A stretch of 64,000 nt of DNA from NCBI GenBank assembly GCA_040382235.1, contig JBEIFV010000004.1, positions 12,842 through 76,841 on the forward strand. Reading direction: 5' to 3'. Positions 7,869 through 16,568 of the stretch are shown here, one piece after another. Made by a program: the position numbers and the translations under genes. The DNA comes from Burkholderiales bacterium. GTDB lineage: Bacteria > Pseudomonadota > Gammaproteobacteria > Burkholderiales > JAEUOS01. The number at the start of each line of letters is the position of its first letter. Within the stretch, counting starts at the first letter, position 1. The notes below the pieces were generated by a model that worked only from the letters and a program-made list of their open reading frames with translations, was not told where the DNA came from and ran no database searches.

Positions 7869-8834
7869 ATGCGCCTTTTCCGCAGATCGTGGTTGGTTGC
7901 CGCTGCGGCCATGCTGGCGGCCACCCAGGCGCTGGCGCAGCCCTATCCGTCGCGGCCGATCCGCATGGTGGTGCCGTTCCCGGCCGGCGGCACCGTCGAC
8001 CTGATCGCGCGCGACCTTGCGCGCCACATGGGCAGCGAGCTAGGCCAGCCGGTGGTGGTCGACAACAAGCCAGGCGCCGGTGCCAACATCGGCGCCGAAA
8101 TCGTCGCGCGCGCGGCGCCCGACGGCTACACCATCCTCAACACCTCGGTCATCATCACCCAGAACCCGGCGGTGCAGGCCCGGGTGCCGTTCGATGTCCT
8201 CAAGGATTTCGAGCCGGTCGCGCAAACCACTTACGGCACCTACGTGCTGCTGGTGCCGGTGCAGTTTCCCGCCGCCAGCATGGGCGAATTCATCGCTCGT
8301 GCGCGCGAACGGCCCGGGCGCATCAACTATGGATCGACCGGCGTCGGCAGCGGCGCGCACCTGGTGATGGAGATGCTCAAGGCGATGGCGAAGATCGATC
8401 TGGTGCACGTACCCTACAAAGGGGAGGCGCCGGCCATCACCGACATGCTGGCAGGCCAGGTCGAGGCGCTCTTCGCGACTTCGTTCTCCGCCGCGGCGCA
8501 AATCAAGGGCGGCAAGCTCAAGGCCCTGGGCCATTCGGGCACGCGACGCGTCGCAGCCCTGCCCGGTGTGGCGCCGATCGCTGAAACCCTGCCCGGCTTC
8601 GACGCCGACGGCTGGCAGTGCGTGCTGGCGCCGGCCGGCACGGCGCGCGATATCGTGCAGAAGCTCAACGCGGCGGCGCTGGCTGCGCTCAGGAAGCCCG
8701 AGTTCTCCGCCAAGCTGCGCGAACTGGCGTTCGACGGCATCGGTTCGACGCCGGAGCAACTCGCGGACGTGCTCAGGCGCGAACTGGCACGCTGGCGCGA
8801 GCTGGCGCAGGCCAACAATATTCGCGGCGAATGA
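7869..8834 (+). CDS. Bug/TctC-family tripartite tricarboxylate transporter substrate-binding protein
   Basis: Signal peptide followed by YPSRPIRMVVPFPAGGTVDLIAR...NKPGAGANIG...APDGYT...HVPYKG.... Confidence 0.9.
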   Translation: MRLFRRSWLVAAAAMLAATQALAQPYPSRPIRMVVPFPAGGTVDLIARDLARHMGSELGQPVVVDNKPGAGANIGAEIVARAAPDGYTILNTSVIITQNPAVQARVPFDVLKDFEPVAQTTYGTYVLLVPVQFPAASMGEFIARARERPGRINYGSTGVGSGAHLVMEMLKAMAKIDLVHVPYKGEAPAITDMLAGQVEALFATSFSAAAQIKGGKLKALGHSGTRRVAALPGVAPIAETLPGFDADGWQCVLAPAGTARDIVQKLNAAALAALRKPEFSAKLRELAFDGIGSTPEQLADVLRRELARWRELAQANNIRGE

Positions 8835-9577
8835 TGGCGCTGCCCCTCGAAGGGCGGGTTGCGCTGGTCACCGGCGCGGGCCGCGGACTCGGGCGCGGCA
8901 TCGCACTGGCGCTGGCCGACGCCGGCGCCGATGTCGCCGTCAACTACGTGCGCGATGCCGCTGCGGCTGACGAGGTTGCGGCCGGCGTGCGGGCCCGCGG
9001 CAGGCGCGCCTGCGCGGTGTGCGCCGATGTTTCGCAGTCAGCCGCGGTCGCCACACTCATGGATGCCGTCGTGCGCGAGCTCGGGCCACCGCTGATCCTC
9101 ATCAACAATGCGGGCATCATGGGCGTGCGCGCCGTGGCCGATGTCAGCGCAGCGGATTTCGATACGCACATTGCGGTCAACCTGAAGTCGGCGTTCCTGG
9201 TCACGCAGGCGGCGCTGCCGGCAATGCGCGCGGCACGGTTCGGGCGCATCGTCATGATGTCGTCGGCGGCGGCGCAAACCGGCGGCCGCGTCGGCGTGCA
9301 TTACGCGGCTTCCAAGGCCGGCATGATCGGCCTGATGCACGGCTATGCGCAGGCGCTGGCTGCCGAGGGGATCACCGTCAACGCCATCGCGCCGGCCCTG
9401 ATCGCGCAGGACACCGGCGGTGCGGTGACGCGAACCACCGCCGGTCCCGAGCGAATTCCGGTCAAGCGCTTCGGGCGGGTCGATGAGTGCGCCGCGCTGA
9501 CCCTGTCAGCGGTGTGCAACGGCTACCTGACCGGGCAGACGCTGTCGCTCAACGGCGGCCTGCACATGACCTCGTGA
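8831..9577 (+). CDS. SDR family oxidoreductase (FabG-like)
   Basis: ATGA overlap with the upstream gene. VALVTGAGRGLGRGIA...NNAG...YAASKAG... (TGxxxGxG and YxxxK). Confidence 0.9.
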   Translation: MMALPLEGRVALVTGAGRGLGRGIALALADAGADVAVNYVRDAAAADEVAAGVRARGRRACAVCADVSQSAAVATLMDAVVRELGPPLILINNAGIMGVRAVADVSAADFDTHIAVNLKSAFLVTQAALPAMRAARFGRIVMMSSAAAQTGGRVGVHYAASKAGMIGLMHGYAQALAAEGITVNAIAPALIAQDTGGAVTRTTAGPERIPVKRFGRVDECAALTLSAVCNGYLTGQTLSLNGGLHMTS

Positions 9578-10356
9578 CCGCGCCGCCCACCGTGATCGAC
9601 GAATTCGCCGGCAAGGTCGTCAGCGTCACCGGCGCCGCGCACGGCATCGGGCACGCCACCGCGCTTGCCTTCGCGCGGCGTGGTGCACGGCTGGCATTGT
9701 CGGATATCGATGCCGATGGTCTGGCGCAAGCGCGCAAGGCGGCTCTGGCGGCCGGGGCTGCCGCGGTTGCCACGCAGATCGTCGACATCGCGCTGCCGGA
9801 TCAGGTTGCCGGCTGGTTCGCCGCCATCGACGCCGAGTTCGGCGGCGTCGACTGTGCGGTGAACAATGCGGGCATCGGCGAGCCGGCGGCGAGCGCTTTC
9901 GGCGATCAGACCATCGCCAATTTCGACCGCGTGGTGGGCGTCAACGTGCGCGGTACCTGGCAGTGCACGCGCGAGGAGTTCCGCCGCATGCGGCCCCAGG
10001 GCTGCGGCGCGATCGTCAACCTGGCTTCGGCGGTGGCGCACGCGGCCTCGCCCAGCCCGCTCTACACCCTTTCCAAGCACGCGATTCTCGGCCTGACGCG
10101 CTCGGCCGCCTTGACCCATGCGAAACTGGGCATCCGGGTCAACGCCATGTGTCCTGGCGCGGTCGATACCGACCTGACCAGGGGTTTCGCCGCGCGCGGC
10201 CCGGATGTGCTGCAGCGCCTGCTGGCGGCGCACCCGATGGGGCGCATGGGCACGGCCGACGAGATCGCCGCGGGCATCGTCTGGCTGTGCTCCGGCGCGG
10301 CGTCGTTCACGACAGGGCAGTCGCTGCTGATGGACGGCGGCTACACCGCGGTATAG
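9574..10356 (+). CDS. SDR family oxidoreductase
   Basis: GTGA overlap. VVSVTGAAHGIGHA...NNAGI...YTLSKHAILGLT... Confidence 0.9.
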   Translation: MTAPPTVIDEFAGKVVSVTGAAHGIGHATALAFARRGARLALSDIDADGLAQARKAALAAGAAAVATQIVDIALPDQVAGWFAAIDAEFGGVDCAVNNAGIGEPAASAFGDQTIANFDRVVGVNVRGTWQCTREEFRRMRPQGCGAIVNLASAVAHAASPSPLYTLSKHAILGLTRSAALTHAKLGIRVNAMCPGAVDTDLTRGFAARGPDVLQRLLAAHPMGRMGTADEIAAGIVWLCSGAASFTTGQSLLMDGGYTAV

Positions 10357-10367
10357 GAGGCATTGCA

Positions 10368-11363
10368 ATGCGCGCAGTGTGGTACGACGAGGTGGGCGAA
10401 GCCCGCCAGGTGCTGAAGATCGGCGACCTCCCCACACCGGTGCCGCAAGACGGCGAGGTGCTGGTGCGCTTGCGGTCTTCCGGGGTCAATCCGGCCGACT
10501 GCAACCGGCGCGCCGGCCGCTTTGGCCGCGGCATGGAGTTCGCGCGCGTGATACCCAACAGCGACGGGGCCGGCACGGTCGAGTCGGTCGGCAAGGGCGT
10601 CGATGCGGCCTGGGTCGGGCGGCGCATCTGGCTGCACAATGGCCAACGCGGCCGCGCCTTCGGTACCGCCGCGCAATACATCGCGCTGGACGCCCGTTTG
10701 ATCGCGCCCTTGCCCGACCATATCGACTTCGCCACCGGTGCCTGCCTGGGCATTCCGTGCATGACCGCGCACCAGGCGGTTTTTCGCGACGGCCCGGTGG
10801 CCGGGCAGACCGTGCTTGTCACCGGCGGCGCCGGGGCGGTCGGGCATTACGCGATCCAGCTGGCCAAGTGGGGCGGCGCGCGGGTGATCGCCACCGTGAG
10901 TTCGCCTGCCAAGGCCATCGAAGCGCGCGCGGGCGGCGCCGACGTGGTGCTTGACTACCGCGCCGAGAATGTGGCGGCGCGGGTGATGCAGGAGACCGGC
11001 GGGGGCGGGGTCGAGCGGGTGGTCGAGGTCGATTTCGGCGCCAATCTGGATACCAATCTGGAGGTGCTCAAGGTGGGCGGGGTAGTGGCGATGTATTCAT
11101 CGATGGCGGTGAAGGAGCCGGTGGTGCCGGTGCTCAAATTCATGTTCAAGGCCGCCACCGTGCATTTCCTGCAGTTGGGCATGTCGGCACTCGTGCTGCG
11201 TCAGCAGGCCCAGAACGATATCGGGCGCTGGCTGGCCGAGGCGCCCGGTGGTGGCGTGCATCGCATCGCCTCGCGCCATGCGCTGGACCAGACTGCAGCC
11301 GCGCACGAAGCGGTGGAGCGCGGCGACAAGAATGGTACGGTAGTGGTGGAGATCGCTGAATGA
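10368..11363 (+). CDS. NADPH:quinone reductase / zinc-type alcohol dehydrogenase-like (MDR) protein
   Basis: ATG at 10368 after GGAGG. MRAVWYDEVGEARQVLKIGDLPTPVPQDGEVLVRL...VLVTGGAGAVGHYAIQLAK... Confidence 0.9.
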   Translation: MRAVWYDEVGEARQVLKIGDLPTPVPQDGEVLVRLRSSGVNPADCNRRAGRFGRGMEFARVIPNSDGAGTVESVGKGVDAAWVGRRIWLHNGQRGRAFGTAAQYIALDARLIAPLPDHIDFATGACLGIPCMTAHQAVFRDGPVAGQTVLVTGGAGAVGHYAIQLAKWGGARVIATVSSPAKAIEARAGGADVVLDYRAENVAARVMQETGGGGVERVVEVDFGANLDTNLEVLKVGGVVAMYSSMAVKEPVVPVLKFMFKAATVHFLQLGMSALVLRQQAQNDIGRWLAEAPGGGVHRIASRHALDQTAAAHEAVERGDKNGTVVVEIAE

Positions 11364-11863
11364 CCAATGCCCCCGGTTTTCAATCCTCTCCCTGGATGGT
11401 CAAGGAGATCGTCGAGCAGGCCGAACCGGACGACGAACGCGTCTGGGTGCCGCAGGGCGAGCAGATCTGGTTTCGCCCGCTGCTGCTCGATACCGTCACC
11501 GGCGTGGTGGCCAACCTGTTGCGCGTGCGGCGCGGCGGCAACCTGGGGAAGCACATCCACAACGCCCCCGTTTACGGCTACGTGATCAAGGGCTCGTGGC
11601 GCTACCTGGAGCACGACTGGGTGGCGCGGGCCGGCATGTTCGTCTATGAACCACCGGGCGAGGTGCATACCCTGGTGGTGGATGAGGCCAGCGAAACCAG
11701 CGAGATGATCACCTACTTTGTGGTGCACGGCGGCCTGACCAAGATCGGCGATGACGGCAAGCCCTGCGCTTACGAGAATGCCTTCACCAAGATCGAGCTG
11801 TGCGACGCCCACTATCGCAAAGCCGGCCTGGGCGCCGATTACATCCGGAGCTTCGTGCGATGA
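11360..11863 (+). CDS. 2,4'-dihydroxyacetophenone dioxygenase-family cupin protein
   Basis: 167 aa, ...IWFRPLLLDTVTGVVANLLRVRRGGNLGKHIHNAPVYGYVIKGSWRYLEHDWVARAGMFVYEPPGEVHTLVV.... Family call made from recalled sequence similarity. Confidence 0.7.
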   Translation: MTNAPGFQSSPWMVKEIVEQAEPDDERVWVPQGEQIWFRPLLLDTVTGVVANLLRVRRGGNLGKHIHNAPVYGYVIKGSWRYLEHDWVARAGMFVYEPPGEVHTLVVDEASETSEMITYFVVHGGLTKIGDDGKPCAYENAFTKIELCDAHYRKAGLGADYIRSFVR

Positions 11864-12579
11864 GCGGGCGCACTGCGCTGGTCACTGGCGGCTGTACCGG
11901 CATCGGCCTGGCGGTGGCGCACACCCTGCTGGCCAACGGCTACACGGTCACCGCCACCGCGCTGACTACCGCCGAGATGCAGGCCGGTGTGGCGGCTGCC
12001 GTGCACGCGGATTTTCGTGCCGTGCTTCTCGACGTGCGCGACAGTGCCGCGGTCAAGGCGCTGGGCAGCGGGTTGACGCGGCTGGATGCCCTGGTGAACA
12101 ACGCCGGCATGGCGCTGGGCTCGCCCGCGGAACACGCGGAGGAAGGGTTCCTGGCGGTGACCGACGTCAATCTCAACGGTGTCATGCGCATGTGCGCGGC
12201 CTGCAAGCCGGCGCTGGTGGCGGCGCGCGGAGCGGTGGTCAACATCGCCTCGATCCTGTCGATTTTCGGCAGCGGCAACGCGCCGGGCTACAGCGCCTCC
12301 AAGGGCGCCGTCACGCAACTGACGCGTTCGCTGGCGATCGCCTGGGCCGACGAGGGCGTGCGGGTCAACGCCATTGCGCCCGGCTGGATCCACACTGCGC
12401 TGACCGCGCCGGTGCGCGAGGCCGCCGGTCGCAGCGACATGATCCTGGCGCGCACGCCGATGTAACGCTGGGGTACGCCGGACGATATCGCCGGTGTGGT
12501 GCGCTTCCTGCTGTCCGACGAGGCGCGTTTCATGACCGGTGCATTGGTGCCGGTCGATGGTGGTTATTCGGCGTTTTGA
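11860..12579 (+). pseudogene. SDR family oxidoreductase interrupted by an in-frame TAA (12463..12465)
   Basis: MSGRTALVTGGCTGIGLA...YSASKGAV...[45 protein letters not shown]-stop. The conserved SDR C-terminus continues in the same frame after the stop codon. Confidence 0.8.
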
Positions 12580-12596
12580 ACTTCAGGGAGACCAGC

Positions 12597-13565
12597 ATGT
12601 TGAAAACCTTGGTGAGAACACTTGCTCTGGGCGCGCTGTGCGGCTTGCAGTCGCTCGCAATGGCGCAGGGCAGTTATCCGGACAAACCGATCCGCATGGT
12701 GGTGCCGTTCCCGCCGGGTGGCGCGCTCGATGTGCTGGGCCGCCAGGTGGCCGATCGCATGGCCAGGAACATGAACGCCCAGTTCGTCATCGAGAACCGC
12801 CCCGGCGCCACCGGGCACGTCGGCGGTGAAGCGGTAGCGCGCGCGGTTGCCGACGGCTACACCATGCTGTTCGGCGCTTCATCCACCCATGCGGTCAGCC
12901 CCAACGTTCTCAAGGATCTGAAATACAACGCGATCGAGGATTTCGCGCCGATCTCGCTGGCGGCCACCGTGCACAACGTGCTGGTGGTGCACCCGTCGGT
13001 GCCGGCCGGCAATGTCCGCGAGTTCATCGACTATGCGCGCGCCAACCCCGGCAAGTTGTCGTTCGGCTCCTCAGGCGTGGGCTCCAACCTGCACCTGGCC
13101 GGTGAATTGCTGAAGCTCACCGGCAAGTTCGACATGGTCCATGTGCCGTATTCGTCGCCGCAGGTGATGCCCGACCTGCTCTCCGGGCGCATCCAGGTGA
13201 TGGTCGACAACCTGCCGCCGACGATTCAGCATATCAAGGCCGGCAAGTTGAAGGTGCTGGGGGTGGCCAGCCCCGACCTGATTCCCGACCTGCCGGGCGT
13301 GCCGCTGGTGTCCGACACGGTGCCGGGCTTCTCGGTCATCGCCTGGGGCGTGATGCTGGCACCGAAGGGCACGCCGCGGCCGATCGTCGAGCGCCTCAGC
13401 GGTGAGGTGAAGAAAGCGGTAGAGTCGGTCGAGGTACGCGAGGCATTTTCCAAGCTGGGCTTCATCCCGGCCTGGCGCAACCCGGAGGCGACGCAGGAAT
13501 TCATGCGCAATGAATCGGCCAAGTGGAAGCGCGTGGTGACCGAAGCCAACATCAAGGTGGAATGA
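12597..13565 (+). CDS. Bug/TctC-family substrate-binding protein
   Basis: ATG at 12597. Signal peptide followed by YPDKPIRMVVPFPPGGALDVLGR...NRPGATGHVG... Confidence 0.9.
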   Translation: MLKTLVRTLALGALCGLQSLAMAQGSYPDKPIRMVVPFPPGGALDVLGRQVADRMARNMNAQFVIENRPGATGHVGGEAVARAVADGYTMLFGASSTHAVSPNVLKDLKYNAIEDFAPISLAATVHNVLVVHPSVPAGNVREFIDYARANPGKLSFGSSGVGSNLHLAGELLKLTGKFDMVHVPYSSPQVMPDLLSGRIQVMVDNLPPTIQHIKAGKLKVLGVASPDLIPDLPGVPLVSDTVPGFSVIAWGVMLAPKGTPRPIVERLSGEVKKAVESVEVREAFSKLGFIPAWRNPEATQEFMRNESAKWKRVVTEANIKVE

Positions 13566-13568
13566 GGC

Positions 13569-14354
13569 ATGCTCAAGTTCGACGCCAACCTGCGCTGGAT
13601 GTTCAACGAGTGGCCAATGCGCGAGCGCTATGCCGCGGCGGCGCGCTGCGGATTTACGGGCGTCGAGGTCGCCTTTCCGTACGAGAATCCGCTACCCCTG
13701 GCGCGTGCGCTGCTCGAGGACAACGGCCTGGCGTTGGTGCAGGTGTTGACACCTTCGGACTGGGCCAAGGGCGAGATCGGCATCGGTTGCCTGCCGGGGC
13801 GCGAGGCGGAATTTCGCGCCAGCGTTGACAAGGCGCTCGAGTACGCGGTGCCGCTCAAGTGCCCCCTGCTGCATGCCACCGCGGGGCTGGTGCCGGCGGG
13901 AGTGGAGCGCGCGCGGGCCTACGACGTGTTTCACGCCAACCTGGCGTACGCTGCCGACCAGGCCGCGCCGCACGGCATCGACATCATCATCGAGCCTGTC
14001 TCGCACCAGCGCTTTGCCGGCTTCCTGATGACGCGCATCGACGAGGGCCTGGCCATCATCAAGGCAGTCGGGCGCGCCAATGTCAAGCTGTGCTTCGACT
14101 TCTTCCACGTCTACATGGAGGAAGGCGCGGTGGCCGAGAAGATGGAGCTGGCCTGGCCGCATATCGGCCACATCCAGGTCGGCGACCCGCCGTTGCGCAA
14201 CGAGCCGGGCAGCGGCGAAATCAACAACGACTACTTCCTCGGGCTGCTGGAGAAGAAGGGCTGGGACCGCTGGATCGGCTGCGAGTACAAGCCTTCCGGG
14301 CATACGCTTGATTCGCTGGGCTGGGCGGCGCGCTACGGCATCAAGGGGCGGTAG
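13569..14354 (+). CDS. hydroxypyruvate isomerase-family (xylose-isomerase-like TIM barrel) protein
   Basis: MLKFDANLRWMFNEWPMRERYAAAARCGFTGVEVAFPYE...IIIEPVS...CFDFFHVYMEEG...IGHIQV... Confidence 0.8.
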   Translation: MLKFDANLRWMFNEWPMRERYAAAARCGFTGVEVAFPYENPLPLARALLEDNGLALVQVLTPSDWAKGEIGIGCLPGREAEFRASVDKALEYAVPLKCPLLHATAGLVPAGVERARAYDVFHANLAYAADQAAPHGIDIIIEPVSHQRFAGFLMTRIDEGLAIIKAVGRANVKLCFDFFHVYMEEGAVAEKMELAWPHIGHIQVGDPPLRNEPGSGEINNDYFLGLLEKKGWDRWIGCEYKPSGHTLDSLGWAARYGIKGR

Positions 14355-14356
14355 GC

Positions 14357-14815
14357 ATGGGCACCCTGCAAAAGCTGTTTGGCTCCTGGGAACTGGAATC
14401 GTTCGTCATCGAGTATGACGACGGCAGCCGTGAATACCCCTTGGGCGAGGATGCGCAGGGGCTCATCATCTACACCCGCGAGGGCATCTTCGCCGGGCAG
14501 ATGATGGCGCGCGGCCGGCCCAAGTTTCCGCGCAACTCGGCCGCGGAAAAAGACAGCGGCAGCGACGCGCAGGTGCGCGCGGCCTTCGACGGCTATGTCG
14601 CCTACTACTGCAAGTTCGAGCTCGACGAAGCGCGCAACATCGTCAATCATCATGTGATCGCCGGCCTGCTGCCCGATTGGGAAGGCCGGCTCAACGTGCG
14701 CCACTATGCCTTCGAAGGCGACGACCGGCTCATCCTGCGCGCGCCGCACATGCTGATCAACGGCAAGCCGGGGCGCAACAAGCTGGTATGGCGCCGCCTG
14801 CCGGCAGTGTTCTGA
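14357..14815 (+). CDS. lipocalin-like domain protein
   Basis: 152 aa, LFGSWELESFVIEYDDGSREYPLGEDAQGLIIYTREGIFAGQMM...FDGYVAYYCKFELDEARNIVNHHV... (Lipocalin_5-like pattern). Confidence 0.6.
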   Translation: MGTLQKLFGSWELESFVIEYDDGSREYPLGEDAQGLIIYTREGIFAGQMMARGRPKFPRNSAAEKDSGSDAQVRAAFDGYVAYYCKFELDEARNIVNHHVIAGLLPDWEGRLNVRHYAFEGDDRLILRAPHMLINGKPGRNKLVWRRLPAVF

Positions 14816-14828
14816 AGGAGGGGAAGAC

Positions 14829-15809
14829 ATGAAAGCCGCGGTCATCATCACCGGGGAGCCGCACAACCGGCTCGAAATCCAGGACGTGCCGGCGCCGCAG
14901 CCCGGGCCGCAGGATGTGCTGGTGGCGGTCAAGGCGGTGGGCCTGAACCGCGTCGACCTGCTGTTGCGCGCACAGCACCTGCGCAATGTCGGCGGTGCGC
15001 CGACCGCTGCGGTCGCGGGTCTTGAAATCGCTGGCGAAGTCAGCTTCGTTGGACCTGAAGTCACGGGGGTCAAGATCGGCGATCGCGTGATGGCCATGGC
15101 GTCGCAAGCCTATGCCGAAGTGGCGCGTGCCGACCATCGCATCCTGATGCCCGTACCCGCCGGCCTCGACTGGACCGAGGCCGCCGCCCTGCCGGTGGCG
15201 CTGATGACCGCGCACAACGCGCTGGTGACCGCAGGCGCGCATGTGCGCGGCGAATCGGTGCTGGTGCAGGCGGCGTCGACCGCGGTCGGCATCGCGGTAT
15301 TGCAGATTGCCAAAATGCGCGGCGCGCGCACCTTCGGTACCTCCGGCACGCCCTCCAAGCTCGATGCCCTCAAGGCCTTCGGGCTCGATGTCGGCATCGC
15401 CGCCTCAGCCGCGGGCATTGCGCCGCGCATCGCAGAGGAGACCGGCGGGCGCGGCGTCGATGTGCTGATCGACCATATCGGCGGGCCGGCGCTGGCCGAC
15501 AACATGGCGTGCCTGGCCAACGGCGGGCGCCTGGTGTCGGTCGGGCGCATGGCGGGCTACCACGGGCCGCTCGACATGGACCAGTTGTCGCTCAAGCGCC
15601 TGAGTCTTGTCGGTGTCACCTTCCGGACCCGATCGGTCCTGCAGATCCAGGCGCTGATCGCGGCCATGGTCGCCGACCTGTGGGACGAGGTGACGGCCAG
15701 GCGTATCCGCATGCCGGTCGACAAGGTCTACCCGCTCGATCAGGCGGCGGCGGCGCAGGCGCACATGCGCGCCAACGCGCACCTGGGCAAGATCATCCTG
15801 GAGGTTTGA
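14829..15809 (+). CDS. zinc-binding dehydrogenase / quinone oxidoreductase family protein
   Basis: MKAAVIITGEPHNRLEIQDVPAPQPGPQDVLVAVKAVGLNRVD...SVLVQAASTAVGIAVLQIAK... Confidence 0.9.
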   Translation: MKAAVIITGEPHNRLEIQDVPAPQPGPQDVLVAVKAVGLNRVDLLLRAQHLRNVGGAPTAAVAGLEIAGEVSFVGPEVTGVKIGDRVMAMASQAYAEVARADHRILMPVPAGLDWTEAAALPVALMTAHNALVTAGAHVRGESVLVQAASTAVGIAVLQIAKMRGARTFGTSGTPSKLDALKAFGLDVGIAASAAGIAPRIAEETGGRGVDVLIDHIGGPALADNMACLANGGRLVSVGRMAGYHGPLDMDQLSLKRLSLVGVTFRTRSVLQIQALIAAMVADLWDEVTARRIRMPVDKVYPLDQAAAAQAHMRANAHLGKIILEV

Positions 15810-15901
15810 CCGCGCTGCGTTTGACAGTTTGGCCAGGCCGCACATGGAGAGCGGCAAGCTGCGCGCGCTCGCCACTACCGACCTTGCGCGCGGGTTCCCG
15901 G

Positions 15902-16387
15902 TCAGCGTGCCGGCGGCAACTTGATCGGTAAACAGGACGATGCCTTGACTTCCTTGAGTGAAAAGCTGGTTTGCGTGTCCTTGACGTTTGGCAAGGCCAT
16001 GAGCGTATCAAGCGCGAACCTGGAGTAGGCCTCCAGCGACTCGCACACCACGGTAAGCAAAAACGCGCCCTCGCCGGAAATCACGTGGCAGGACACGATC
16101 TCGGGCAGGTCGGCGATGGCCTCCTCGAAGCGGCGTTCCTGCGCCGGCGTATGGCGTTCGATATCCATGCGTACAAACGCGGTCACGCCCAGTCCCAGCG
16201 CCTTGCGGTTGATGATGGCCTGATAGCCCGCGATGATGCCGGCATCCTCCAGTCTTTTCAGGCGCCGCCAGCAGGGTGAGAGCGACAGTCCGACTTTTTC
16301 CGCCAGCTCGGCGTTGGTCAGGCGGCCGTTTTTCTGCAGGGCGTCGAGAATTTTCAGATCGGTGCGGTCAAGTTTTTCAGGCGACAT
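15902..16387 (-). CDS. Lrp/AsnC family transcriptional regulator
   Basis: ATG at 16387. MSPEKLDRTDLKILDALQKNGRLTNAELAEKVGLSLSPCWRRLKRLEDAGIIAGY... Confidence 0.9.
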   Translation of the reverse strand: MSPEKLDRTDLKILDALQKNGRLTNAELAEKVGLSLSPCWRRLKRLEDAGIIAGYQAIINRKALGLGVTAFVRMDIERHTPAQERRFEEAIADLPEIVSCHVISGEGAFLLTVVCESLEAYSRFALDTLMALPNVKDTQTSFSLKEVKASSCLPIKLPPAR

Positions 16388-16568
16388 GAATTTACCCACA
16401 AAAGCCAAAAAACAGGATAAACAATAGCGTAGCGAGGCGGTTTCAAGCACAAATAGAAAAAATATTCCTCATGCCGGTAGCTATACTTCGGGCCATAGCG
16501 CGCGTACCTTCGAAATCCAGCCCGTGCGCGCCTCACCGACTTCACGCATCGCAAAAGGACAAATTGTC
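16388..16568. promoter_or_regulatory. AT-rich divergent control region between the lrp-like gene and the oxidoreductase gene
   Basis: Locally AT-rich (..AAAAAACAGGATAAACAATAGC..AAATAGAAAAAATATTCC..) in an otherwise GC-rich context. Lrp-regulated divergent arrangements are common. No individual site was assigned. Confidence 0.4.
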
